From the NCBI RefSeq assembly GCF_003044035.1, contig NZ_NVQC01000022.1:60001-92000 (forward strand): a stretch of DNA of 32,000 nucleotides. The letters run 5' to 3'. How positions within the stretch are numbered: position 1 is the first letter of the stretch; the number at the start of each line of letters is the position of its first letter. Shown in pieces: positions 8,649 through 16,572 of this stretch. The translations under genes were made by a program, and so were the position numbers. The notes under the pieces were generated by a model. It was not told where the DNA came from and did no database searches. It saw only the letters and a list, made by a program, of their open reading frames with translations. Source of the DNA: Candidatus Methylomirabilis limnetica. Lineage in GTDB: Bacteria > Methylomirabilota > Methylomirabilia > Methylomirabilales > Methylomirabilaceae.

Positions 8649-9521
8649 CTACAACAGAAGCAAGTCGAGGAGGGTGAAACAGAATAGGGTGATACTGAGG
8701 AGACCGTTGGCCGTAAAAAAGGCGGCGTCGAGTCGCTTCAGGCCGTAGCGGATAAGGAGCAGGTGTTCATACACTAAGAGGCCCGAGGCGAGGAGGACAC
8801 CAGTCAGGTAGAAAGAGCGCAGGCCCGAGAGGAAAATCAGCAGCAGGAGGAGGAGCAGGGTCAGCGCGTGTAAGGTTCGAGAAATGGTCATCCCGCTCGC
8901 TATTCCGAACCGAGCGGGGATCGAATAGAGACCGCTGGCCCGATCAAAGTCAATGTCGGCCATAGCGTACAGGATATCAAATCCGGCCACCCAGAAGAGT
9001 ACGGCGAGGCCGAGCACAACCGGAGCCGCCGCTACCTCGCCAGTCACAGCGATCCATGCGCCGAGAGGCGCCATGGCCAGCGCCAGCCCCAGGATCAGGT
9101 GGGAGAGAAAGGTAAAGCGCTTGGTGTAGGAGTACAGGATCAGCGCCGCCATCGCAAAGGGAGCCAACTTGAGACAGAGGGGATTCAGCCGGGCGGCGGC
9201 GAATAGGAAAAGCGCGAAGGATCCAAGCATGAGCAGGATCACCTCTCCGCGCCGGACCAGTCCCTGTGGGAGGGCCCGCTCCCGCGTGCGGGGATTTCTG
9301 GCATCGATCTCCTGGTCAGCCAGACGGTTCATCGCCATGGCCCCGCTCCTCGCGCCAACCATGGCTAGCATAATCCAGAGAAGTATCGACAGCGCCGGGA
9401 CCCCTCGAGCGGCCAGTATCGCGCCCATGAAGGCAAACGGGAGCGCGAAGATCGTGTGGGAAAACTTGATCAGATCTAGCAACAGGGCCGTCTTGCGAAT
9501 GGCCGGCTGCACCAGGTTCAC
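8649..9521 (-). CDS. UbiA-family aromatic prenyltransferase (UbiA/MqnP-like)
   Basis: Asp-rich motif 'NRLADQEIDARNPRT' in a multi-helix membrane protein. The start is reassigned to GTG 9521-9519, which forms a GTGA overlap with the ubiE stop. The longer track ORF (to 9737) would overlap ubiE by 220 nt. Confidence 0.85.
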   Translation of the reverse strand: MNLVQPAIRKTALLLDLIKFSHTIFALPFAFMGAILAARGVPALSILLWIMLAMVGARSGAMAMNRLADQEIDARNPRTRERALPQGLVRRGEVILLMLGSFALFLFAAARLNPLCLKLAPFAMAALILYSYTKRFTFLSHLILGLALAMAPLGAWIAVTGEVAAAPVVLGLAVLFWVAGFDILYAMADIDFDRASGLYSIPARFGIASGMTISRTLHALTLLLLLLLIFLSGLRSFYLTGVLLASGLLVYEHLLLIRYGLKRLDAAFFTANGLLSITLFCFTLLDLLLL

Positions 9522-10240
9522 GCCAATTTCCTTCCCACGTGAAGGGTGACAATTCCACCGGTCATGGTGCGGAAGTACACATTGTGGAAACCCACCTCCT
9601 CCATCATCCTGGATAGCTCCTGCGGGGCGGGGAAGGCGGACACAGAGGCTGGAAGGTATTTGTACGCCTGGGAGTCTCCAGAAATCAGGCCCCCCAGCCA
9701 GGGGAGCCCGCGATGGAAATACACACGGTAGAGCCATCCAAAGAGTGGCCCCTGTGGCGTAGCAAACTCCAGGACGATCCCCACACCCCCTGGGTGCAGC
9801 ACCCTACAGAGTTCCGCCAGCCCACACTTGCGATCCACCAGGTTGCGAATGCCGAAGGCAACGGTGACCGCATCGAAGGTATCGGCGCCGAACGGCAGGG
9901 CCTCAGCGGAGCCGACCTGCAGCCGGATACGGTTTGTCAGCCCCTTGCGGGCCACCTTCTCCGCCGCGATACGAATCATCGGCGGACAAAAGTCTACTCC
10001 GATAATCGCCCTGGCTGATGGAAACTGCTCGGCCAGCTCAAGAGCCATGTCGGCAGTCCCGGTGCAGACATCCAGCGCCACCCCGCCCGAAGGGAGCTGG
10101 GCTTGAGCCACAGCCTCCCGGCGCCAGTAGCGGTCCCGTGCAAGGCTGAGAAGACGATTGAGGAGATCGTATCGAGGCGCAATACCGCCAAACATCCGGC
10201 GAATGACGTCGCCATCTCTTGCCCCTCCATTCGCCTCCAT
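9518..10240 (-). CDS. ubiE: Demethylmenaquinone/ubiquinone C-methyltransferase
   Basis: Family-typical segments 'FGGIAPRYDLLNRLLSL..DRYWRR' and the SAM-binding motif 'LDVCTGTADMA'. 240 aa. Confidence 0.9.
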   Translation of the reverse strand: MEANGGARDGDVIRRMFGGIAPRYDLLNRLLSLARDRYWRREAVAQAQLPSGGVALDVCTGTADMALELAEQFPSARAIIGVDFCPPMIRIAAEKVARKGLTNRIRLQVGSAEALPFGADTFDAVTVAFGIRNLVDRKCGLAELCRVLHPGGVGIVLEFATPQGPLFGWLYRVYFHRGLPWLGGLISGDSQAYKYLPASVSAFPAPQELSRMMEEVGFHNVYFRTMTGGIVTLHVGRKLA

Positions 10241-11296
10241 TCAGTTCGGGGAGAGTTCCAACTGCCGCCCTCCATACGATCCTCTGGGAACAGGCGACAG
10301 CAGTTTCACCTGGTCGCCCGCACGGAAGGTTCTCGTTCCCTTGATCCCATTCAGATCCGCCACCTCCCACGTCAGTTGCTGATCGCCCAGCACATCCCTG
10401 GCCACGGTTGCGGGTGTATCTCCATCTTTGGCAACGTAGATCTTCAGACGCCGATTATCCTGCTTCGCCCCGTAGACCAGACCGTCGAGGTGCGCTTTGT
10501 ACTCGTTTGCCTTCACCTCGAGGCTGCCGCGACCTTGCCCAATGAGAATGGAGGCCATGGTCTCGGCCTTCACAACGCGGTCGTTGGTCTCCGGGTGGGT
10601 CCCCTTAAAACCGTGATAGCCCAACGCCTCCAGTCGCTCCTTCATCTTCATCGCCTTGAGGAAGGCTACCATTTCCCCGGGATCGTATCCAGCGCGGTAG
10701 GCCGTGCGGAGTCCTAGCTCGTCAGCTTCCATCTCCGCCTCTCGGCCATACCCCATGAGGACGTGATCGAAGAGAGCTCCCGAAACCCTCGCCCACTCCC
10801 CTGTGTTCTGACGACCGCCAGGACTTACGGCCATAAGACCCAGCGACAGGATTTGCGCGCCTAATGCTTTGGTAAGCTGATGAGCCGCATGACGGGAGGT
10901 AGCGTGGCCGATCTCGTGGCCAAGGACCCCGGCGAGTTGCGCCTCGCTATTCAGCATCGCCAGCATTCCTCTGGTGATGTAGATGTAGCCGCCGGGCAGG
11001 GCCATCGCGTTTACTTCCGGGACATCGACTACCTTGAAGCTATAGTGGAAACTGGTTGGGCCAATCCCATCGAGCAGTCGCTGACCGACCGACTCCACAT
11101 ACGCTTGCAGTTGCTGATCGCGGTAGCGCCCAAACTGCCCGAGGATATCTTGATCCGCCTTCTTGCCGATCTCGTTCTCCTCAGTTTCGGATATGATGGT
11201 GAAACCATAGGCGCGTCGAGGGGAAGCGAATCCAAGTAAGGACCCCACGACTAACAGCAGGAAATCACGCCTACCGACCCTGTTACAGCAATCCAT
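10241..11296 (-). CDS. M48-family zinc metalloprotease with a C-terminal LysM domain
   Basis: HExxH motif in 'GHEIGHATSRH'. N-terminal signal-like segment. The C-terminal 'YVAKDGDTPATVARDVL...LNGIKG..FRAGDQVKL' is LysM-like. Its stop abuts the ubiE start with 0 nt between them. Confidence 0.8.
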   Translation of the reverse strand: MDCCNRVGRRDFLLLVVGSLLGFASPRRAYGFTIISETEENEIGKKADQDILGQFGRYRDQQLQAYVESVGQRLLDGIGPTSFHYSFKVVDVPEVNAMALPGGYIYITRGMLAMLNSEAQLAGVLGHEIGHATSRHAAHQLTKALGAQILSLGLMAVSPGGRQNTGEWARVSGALFDHVLMGYGREAEMEADELGLRTAYRAGYDPGEMVAFLKAMKMKERLEALGYHGFKGTHPETNDRVVKAETMASILIGQGRGSLEVKANEYKAHLDGLVYGAKQDNRRLKIYVAKDGDTPATVARDVLGDQQLTWEVADLNGIKGTRTFRAGDQVKLLSPVPRGSYGGRQLELSPN

Positions 11297-11321
11297 CTCT
11301 CACAGTCCTCGCACCGAACGC

Positions 11322-11777
11322 TTATCGAAGCCTCGACTCCACTACCTTAATGTTCTGCCGAGTCTTTTCAGTCAATGGACCCTTTGGCAGGTACTTCAGA
11401 TACAGCTTATATTCTTTCAGCGCCTTGCGATACAGGACCTTATCGTCATCCCTCAATTTGGCCTTCGTATGGTACGAGAGCGCCAGATGATAGTGTGCCT
11501 CGGCGAAGTCGCCCCGAAGCTTGACCGCCTGCTCGTACTCGGCAATCGCCTGGTCGAGATCGGCGAACATTCGCTCATGGTAAGAGACCCCGAGCTCTAA
11601 ATGCGCCTCTGCTGTTGTCGTTCGATTAGCGGTCGGCTTACCCTCGGCCTCTGGCGATTTACCCTCAAGCGCGAGACTTGATCCCTGGAGGACAAGGACA
11701 ACCAACACGGTAGCGAGCCCGATGAGGCGCGGCTTCTTCACGCAACGATTAGAGCTGCATGGTCCCAATACGCCCAT
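11322..11777 (-). CDS. Secreted TPR-repeat protein
   Basis: Signal peptide 'LIGLATVLVVLVLQGSSLA'. TPR-like repeats 'AEAHLELGVSYH...AIAEYEQAVKL..FAEAHYHLALSYH'. Confidence 0.65.
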   Translation of the reverse strand: MGVLGPCSSNRCVKKPRLIGLATVLVVLVLQGSSLALEGKSPEAEGKPTANRTTTAEAHLELGVSYHERMFADLDQAIAEYEQAVKLRGDFAEAHYHLALSYHTKAKLRDDDKVLYRKALKEYKLYLKYLPKGPLTEKTRQNIKVVESRLR

Positions 11778-11959
11778 TTTGCCTCGTAGTGTCAGAACAA
11801 TTAGGAAACGCGATCGACAGGTAACGATCTATAGCCTCCGTAACACGCCTCACGATGACATCCTGCATCGCGGCACGGTGGCCAAGTCTCTTGAAGGCAG
11901 AACACGCGCGATCCTATTTTCAGCGATGCGCCCAGAGGACAACGAACCGATCAAACGGC

Positions 11960-12035
11960 TGGAGCCGGCGATGGGAATCGAACCCGCGACCTGCTGATTA
12001 CGAATCAGCTGCTCTACCAACTGAGCTACGCCGGC
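11960..12035 (-). tRNA. tRNA-Thr (anticodon CGU), CCA encoded
   Basis: The minus strand reads GCCGGCG-TA-GCTCAGTTGGTAGAGC. The anticodon arm is GCTGA-TTCGTAA-TCAGC. The T arm contains GGTTCGATTCC. The acceptor 3' strand is CGCCGGC, followed by T and CCA. Confidence 0.9.
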
Positions 12036-12049
12036 GCGAGGATGACCAT

Positions 12050-12078
12050 ACTATAGCCAAGGGTGTCAGGGCTGTCAA
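12050..12078 (-). promoter_or_regulatory. Sigma70 promoter candidate for tRNA-Thr
   Basis: The minus strand reads TTGACA (12078-12073), a 17-nt spacer, then TATAGT (12055-12050), 14 nt upstream of the mature tRNA 5' end. Confidence 0.6.
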
Positions 12079-12079
12079 G

Positions 12080-12688
12080 CTACAGAGACAGGGGGCGATC
12101 CGCGCCGCCCTTACGCCGGCGGCCGGTTGCGATTTCGCGGCGGCCACGCATGCGCGTCAGGTCTTCCAGATCGACGCCTTCAAAGGCCAACAGCTTCGCC
12201 TTAACGGAAGGGCCACCTCCGGAATACTCCCCGAGGCGGCCATCGCTCCTGACCACCCGGTGGCACGGGATTAGAAGCGGAATCGGGTTCTTGGCCAAGG
12301 CTGTCCCGACCGCACGGGCTGCTCGCTCCGCACCAATTTCCTTCGCGACCCATTGGTATGAGCGCACCTGACCAGTGGGGATTGTCCGGATCTTTCGCAA
12401 GACCCTCTGCTGGAAAGGTGTGAGGCGGGACAGGTCGATCCGGCCAGAGAAACGCCGCCACCCTGTCAGATGATCCAGTACCTGTTTGGCCATGTCTTCC
12501 GGTAGGCGGTGATCCCGTATCGGTCGAACGCCGAACATCCTCTCGCATGCCCGCTCAAAGCCACACCCATCCGACCCGAGGGCAACACAGCAAACAGCCT
12601 TGCCACGATAGGCTACATGGACCCATCCAAGCGGCGTTGAAACCGATGCGTAACGCATAAGGCGAGAAGTGCGACACATGAGGTTCAT
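12080..12688 (-). CDS. ogt: Methylated-DNA--protein-cysteine methyltransferase
   Basis: Active-site motif 'IPCHRVV' within 'LLIPCHRVVRSDGRLGEYSGG'. The true start may be the internal Met at 12658 ('MRYASVSTPLGWV'). Confidence 0.85.
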   Translation of the reverse strand: MNLMCRTSRLMRYASVSTPLGWVHVAYRGKAVCCVALGSDGCGFERACERMFGVRPIRDHRLPEDMAKQVLDHLTGWRRFSGRIDLSRLTPFQQRVLRKIRTIPTGQVRSYQWVAKEIGAERAARAVGTALAKNPIPLLIPCHRVVRSDGRLGEYSGGGPSVKAKLLAFEGVDLEDLTRMRGRREIATGRRRKGGADRPLSL

Positions 12689-12717
12689 GGTGTAGACGAC
12701 GGCGCGCTATGCTCTTT

Positions 12718-12738
12718 ACCCTAAACCCTATACCCTGG
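12718..12738. repeat. Intergenic heptamer tandem repeat (ACCCTNN x3)
   Basis: 'accctaa accctat accctgg', read directly from the sequence. Confidence 0.6.
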
Positions 12739-12854
12739 TTTGCAGGTACCGTTGCAGCTTTTCAACAAAGGGGGCACTCAACCGCGCCAGTTCTACCTGC
12801 CTGAAGAGCAGGGCTAAGCTTTCGGATGACAGCCGGACCCACCCGTCCACCGTA

Positions 12855-13856
12855 CTATCCAGGCTGGCCCTCGGTTGTCATTGGCTCGCCCAGATCCAGA
12901 GAGAGCTGACCGTATTCGATAACACGTATCTTTGCCCCTTCATGCTCGGCCGACGTCACGATCGCCTCTCGGAGCGCGTCGCGAGAAATAGATTGCAGGT
13001 CAATCCCCCCGCCATCTACCGCGGTCTGGGCCTCCATTGATCGCCCATTGCCGTAGGCCTTGATTGATTGGACATGAGTTGAATCGGGGTGGTCACTCCA
13101 AAGCGGACAGACGTTCTTGTAGGCGCACCAATGGCAAAGATTGGTTTTGATCGGCTTGAACTCGGTATCGGCCTCGATGTGATCGATTAGGGCAATCGTC
13201 GAACTTTTCAGCCTCTCGATCGCTGTCGGCGTTCGCCTTGAACGGCGTTCCCTTCCAAAAGCCAGGTAGTGCCAGACCAGCTCGATCTCTTTGGCGTCAG
13301 GCCACATTCCTTCTATCGCGATCTGATAGAGGGCTAGCTGTCGATCAACATCGATCTTTTCCTGGCTCGGCATACGACCGGACGTCTTGTAGTCATGGAT
13401 CTCGTAGCATCCTGACCCGATCCTCACCAGACGGTCAATGTATCCTTGAATGTTGTAGCAGCTATTGGGGTCAAGCGAGGTGGCCACCTGATATTCCAAT
13501 CCCACTACCTGTCCGTAGTTGAACGGCTTATGAGCCTGATAGTAGTTACCCAGACAACGCTCGCCAAACTGCTTGTAAGAGTCGACCGAAAAGTCCTGCT
13601 TTACGATCTTCACCTGATCGTGCCAGTGCTGCCCCCACTGCTCGCGATAGTCGTTCAGTAGATCAGGCAGGCTCGGATCTTCACCGGGCTGTAGGTCTCG
13701 ATAGAGCGTATGCAGCACATCATGTACACGTGATCCGAGGAATGCCTCGATCGACTCCTCCTTACTGGTGATCTTATCGATGTAGCGGAACTTGTACTTA
13801 AGGGGGCAGGACTCGTAAGTGGAGAGCCGGGATGCTGAGTAGATCTGCTTAGACAT
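12855..13856 (-). CDS. PD-(D/E)XK nuclease, Cas4/AddB-like, with a 4-Cys cluster signature
   Basis: N-terminal Cys in 'YESCPLKYKFRYIDK'. Nuclease core 'GYIDRLV...YEIHDYKTSG', then 'QLALYQIA', then the C-terminal 'CHWCAYKNVCP' (Cx2Cx5C). The start is taken at Met 13856 ('MSKQIYSASRL'), 8 nt into the upstream MBL gene. Confidence 0.7.
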   Translation of the reverse strand: MSKQIYSASRLSTYESCPLKYKFRYIDKITSKEESIEAFLGSRVHDVLHTLYRDLQPGEDPSLPDLLNDYREQWGQHWHDQVKIVKQDFSVDSYKQFGERCLGNYYQAHKPFNYGQVVGLEYQVATSLDPNSCYNIQGYIDRLVRIGSGCYEIHDYKTSGRMPSQEKIDVDRQLALYQIAIEGMWPDAKEIELVWHYLAFGRERRSRRTPTAIERLKSSTIALIDHIEADTEFKPIKTNLCHWCAYKNVCPLWSDHPDSTHVQSIKAYGNGRSMEAQTAVDGGGIDLQSISRDALREAIVTSAEHEGAKIRVIEYGQLSLDLGEPMTTEGQPG

Positions 13857-14529
13857 ATCCCACGGTGCGAAGGAACTCGGCGAGAGAGCGAGACTGAACA
13901 CAGGGGTTCTGCTTCCTCTCCTCGCCGATGCTGCTGGAGGTGCGGCCAGCGGCGTAGTTATGACCGGGCAGGAGTACGGTCTTATCGTCCAGCTTCATCA
14001 ATCTATTGGTCAGCGAATCGTACATCTGATCGGGACTGCTACCAGGGAGATCCACTCGACCGCACGAGCCGATGAACAGTGTGTCGCCTGAGAACAGCCG
14101 ATTTTGAACCAGAAAGCATTGTGACCCGGGCGTGTGGCCGGGGGTATGGATCATCGTCATGGTGAGGTCGCCGAGGTTCAGGGTGTCGCCATGATCGACC
14201 CGCATGATGTTCGATCCAGCGAGGGGGGTCAGATGGCCTGCTTCAGCTCTATGAACTACCACCTTGGCGTCTACCCGCTCGAGCAACTCCGCGATTCCCT
14301 GAATCTGAAGACCATACAGCTTACCACCCACATGATCGGGATGGGTATGGGTGGCGAGGATGTGGGTGATTCTCATCTCATCGGCCCGGGCAAGTTCCAC
14401 GATCCTATCGATCTCCCAGGCCGGATCGACCACAGCGACATCCTTCGTCTTGGTCGAGCCGATAAGATAGACGTAGTTGGCCATCTGGCCTACTTCAATC
14501 TGTTTCAGGTAGAGCGTCTGTAGCGTCAT
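13849..14529 (-). CDS. MBL-fold metallo-hydrolase (glyoxalase II-like)
   Basis: Metal-binding motif 'THTHPDHVGG', with 'HTPGHTPGS' downstream. The start is placed at Met 14529 (or 14538). The further N-terminal extension in the track ORF is a translation of the 17-bp repeat array. Confidence 0.8.
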   Translation of the reverse strand: MTLQTLYLKQIEVGQMANYVYLIGSTKTKDVAVVDPAWEIDRIVELARADEMRITHILATHTHPDHVGGKLYGLQIQGIAELLERVDAKVVVHRAEAGHLTPLAGSNIMRVDHGDTLNLGDLTMTMIHTPGHTPGSQCFLVQNRLFSGDTLFIGSCGRVDLPGSSPDQMYDSLTNRLMKLDDKTVLLPGHNYAAGRTSSSIGEERKQNPCVQSRSLAEFLRTVGYV

Positions 14530-14684
14530 TGCGTCCATTGCGTCGTTGCGTCTGTAGCGTCGTTGCGTCTGTAGCGTCGTTGCGTCTGTAGCGTCGTTGC
14601 GTCTGTAGCGTCGTTGGCCATCGCGTAGACGCAATAAACGCTGCACGCTATGGACGCTGCACGCAATAGACGCTATAGACGCAT
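14514..14684. repeat. 17-bp tandem repeat array plus a degenerate inverted arm
   Basis: The unit 'tctgtagcgtcgttgcg' is perfect three times (14551-14601), with partial and degenerate copies on both sides. From 14622 onward the reverse-complement motif (gacgc, 'tagacgctatagacgca') recurs. GCGTC cores are spaced 8/9 nt apart on the left arm, with GACGC on the right arm. Confidence 0.8.
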
Positions 14685-15427
14685 TACCGAATCGATTGAC
14701 CTCCATCCACCACTACGACTTGCCCGGTAATGAAATCCGAGCCCTCTACAAGGAAGAGGACGGTCTTGGCAATATCGATCGGGTCGCCGATCCGCTTGAG
14801 CAGCGTCCCCTTGACGATCGACTCTCGCTCCTTCTCGCCATAATCCTCCGACAGCAGCACGGTTCCCGGTACCACGGCATTCACCTGAACCTCCGGCGCC
14901 AGCGCCTTCGCCAGCCCTTGGGTCATAGTGATCAACATCCCTTTGGAGACAGAATAGGGTAGGAAGTCGGCCCACGGTTTGATCCCCGCGACATCGGCGA
15001 TATTGATGATCTTCCCGGCTCCCTGCTGCCGCATCAGCAGGCCAAGTCGTCTGGCCAGCAGGAACGGTCCCGTAAGGTTGACTCGCAGGAACTGTTCCCA
15101 GTCCTGTACAGTGAGGCTTTCAAGGGGCGTCATGCGGAAGATCGCAGCGCTGTTAACCAGGACGTCAACCTTTCCACATGCCTGGACTGCGTTGTCGGCG
15201 AGCGCCTCGACCTGATCAGGCTCCGCCAGATCAGCCTGGATGGCGAACGCTCGCCGGCCGATACGCTCCACCGCCTCCACCGTCTCGTGGGCCTCGGAGG
15301 CGCTGCTCTTGTAGTGGATCACCACGTCCGCGCCACGGCCGGCCATCGCCAAGGCGATTCCTCGGCCCACACGCCTGGCCGCCCCTGTTACCAACGCCGT
15401 TCGTCCGCAGAGATCCATATCCCCCAC
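14684..15427 (-). CDS. SDR-family oxidoreductase (pteridine-reductase-like N-terminus)
   Basis: Rossmann motif 'LVTGAARRVGRGIALAMA', followed by 'VVIHYKSSASEA'. Catalytic 'YSVSKGML' (YxxxK). 247 aa. Confidence 0.8.
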   Translation of the reverse strand: MGDMDLCGRTALVTGAARRVGRGIALAMAGRGADVVIHYKSSASEAHETVEAVERIGRRAFAIQADLAEPDQVEALADNAVQACGKVDVLVNSAAIFRMTPLESLTVQDWEQFLRVNLTGPFLLARRLGLLMRQQGAGKIINIADVAGIKPWADFLPYSVSKGMLITMTQGLAKALAPEVQVNAVVPGTVLLSEDYGEKERESIVKGTLLKRIGDPIDIAKTVLFLVEGSDFITGQVVVVDGGQSIR

Positions 15428-15508
15428 TCAATGCCCAACAGCCCCGCCCCGCAACGCCTTCACGCATGGCTCGACAGACTTGCAGGGTGACATATCCGAT
15501 GCGAGAGC

Positions 15509-15537
15509 ATGATACTGCGTGGACTATCCACTGCCAA
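15509..15537 (-). promoter_or_regulatory. Candidate sigma70 promoter for the SDR/MBL/nuclease genes
   Basis: The minus strand reads TTGGCA, a 17-nt spacer, then TATCAT. Two direct 'ggactatc' copies (15521-15528 and 15538-15545) overlap it. Confidence 0.35.
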
Positions 15538-15630
15538 GGACTATCTCCCACTTCTCCGAAATACCCAGTGGGCTCCGCAGCCCTTGACTCATAACTTACC
15601 GGCCCCAATCGCCCGTCGGCGATGAAATAC

Positions 15631-15664
15631 ATAGGGCCCCCCGGATCATTCCGGGAGGCCCTAT
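15631..15664 (-). terminator. Hairpin terminator candidate after the small zinc-ribbon gene
   Basis: 'atagggccccccgga' pairs with 'tccgggaggccctat' (15 bp, one mismatch) across a 4-nt loop. The T tract is only weak. Confidence 0.5.
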
Positions 15665-15693
15665 CGTCATGAGAGGCCGCTCGCTACCGTGTC

Positions 15694-15867
15694 TTACACC
15701 GCCTTTGGTATGGCTATCCCGCACTTCTCGCAGACTTTCATCATGCGACCGCGAGGGTTAAAGACCATGCTCCAGATCAGATCTCCGCCACACACGCACT
15801 GACCGGCCGTCTTCCGGGCTTGGGTCTTCGTGCGGCTGGCAAGTTTTGCTCCTTGTTTCTCCGCCAT
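15694..15867 (-). CDS. Small hypothetical protein (57 aa) with CxC...CxxC
   Basis: 'MAEKQGAKL...QCVCGGDL...VCEKCGI'. A strong SD (GGAGGAGGAG) lies about 5 nt upstream of ATG 15867. The longer track ORF (to 15936) has no such SD. Confidence 0.5.
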   Translation of the reverse strand: MAEKQGAKLASRTKTQARKTAGQCVCGGDLIWSMVFNPRGRMMKVCEKCGIAIPKAV

Positions 15868-16162
15868 GTCTTCTCCTCCTCCCCCTTTACGCTGTAAGTA
15901 ACGATGCTTCCCTTCGCCGGACCCATACGCACACACCGTCAGCGCAGCACGATGCCAGGAGTCCTGCAGACGCGCATGCGTACTATATCATAACAGCACC
16001 AAACTGACTACATTGGCGGCACCGAAGATTAATAGTAGAGTTGGTGCTCATTCCAATGGCGGGAGTCGGAATAGGCAACGGGCAGCCTCGCTGATGCGGC
16101 GCCCTATAGTGATATTGGTACACGCACTATTTATTGAAATCCTTTCTTGGTCTTCCCCTCTG

Positions 16163-16369
16163 CTACACGTGTATTACTCGTCCAGTTTCCTGCGCACCTC
16201 CCAGATGAACCCGTCTCTTTGCAGTGGCCGCTCTGTCATCGTGCGCCTTCGAATCGCTGTCATTCCGAAAGATCGCCTGGCGATCATTCCCTCGTTGCCG
16301 CACTTGATACGGGTGGCCGGATGCAACGGTTCGGGTAATCCGTAGCCGGCACCTGTCATGACCGTACAC
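16163..16369 (-). pseudogene. Truncated REP-associated tyrosine transposase (RAYT / IS200-like, COG1943-type) remnant
   Basis: 'GHPYQVRQRGNDRQAIFRNDSD' matches the conserved N-terminal 'PxHVxxRGNxRQxIF..DxD' block of this family. The ORF ends after about 68 codons, against roughly 180-230 aa expected. Confidence 0.6.
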
Positions 16370-16419
16370 ACCACTAATTCTTACGATAATAGTGTCTGTC
16401 CCTATTTTCCCTGCGCCAG

Positions 16420-16572
16420 ATGGCCCGGAAGAAACGCCTCGATCTTACGATCATCGTGGATCTGATCCACGTCACCGAATACCTCTGGGCCGCCGGACGG
16501 GCCTTTCACCGTGGAGGCAGCCCGGAACTCGAAAGGGGGGTTCTGTTTTTTGTAGGGCGCGAACTACAGTGA
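16420..16572 (+). pseudogene. Isolated 50-codon fragment of a DDE transposase (ISKra4-like; family tentative)
   Basis: The hand translation is 'MARKKRLDLTIIVDLIHVTEYLWAAGRAFHRGGSPELERGVLFFVGRELQ*'. The 'D..H..EYLW...F' segment is recalled from ISKra4-type transposases. No remainder of the gene is present. Confidence 0.4.

Noticed and set aside
9522-9737. Long N-terminal extension of the UbiA-like ORF (track 8649..9737).
   Set aside because: It overlaps ubiE by about 220 nt in another frame and has a non-membrane, Pro/Gly/Arg-rich composition. A GTG at 9521 gives a canonical GTGA overlap and a normal UbiA N-terminus.
14514-14684. Possible CRISPR array.
   Set aside because: The units are 17 bp and directly abutting with no unique spacers. 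The second half is an inverted degenerate copy. No cas genes are nearby.
14530-14706. N-terminal extension of the MBL hydrolase ORF (track 13849..14706) containing 'QRRYRRNDATDATTLQT' twice.
   Set aside because: The 17-aa peptide repeat is just the 17-bp DNA repeat read through all three frames (3 x 17 bp = 51 bp). MBL-fold homologs begin near 'MTLQTLYLKQIEVG', and the extension would run into the SDR gene's stop.
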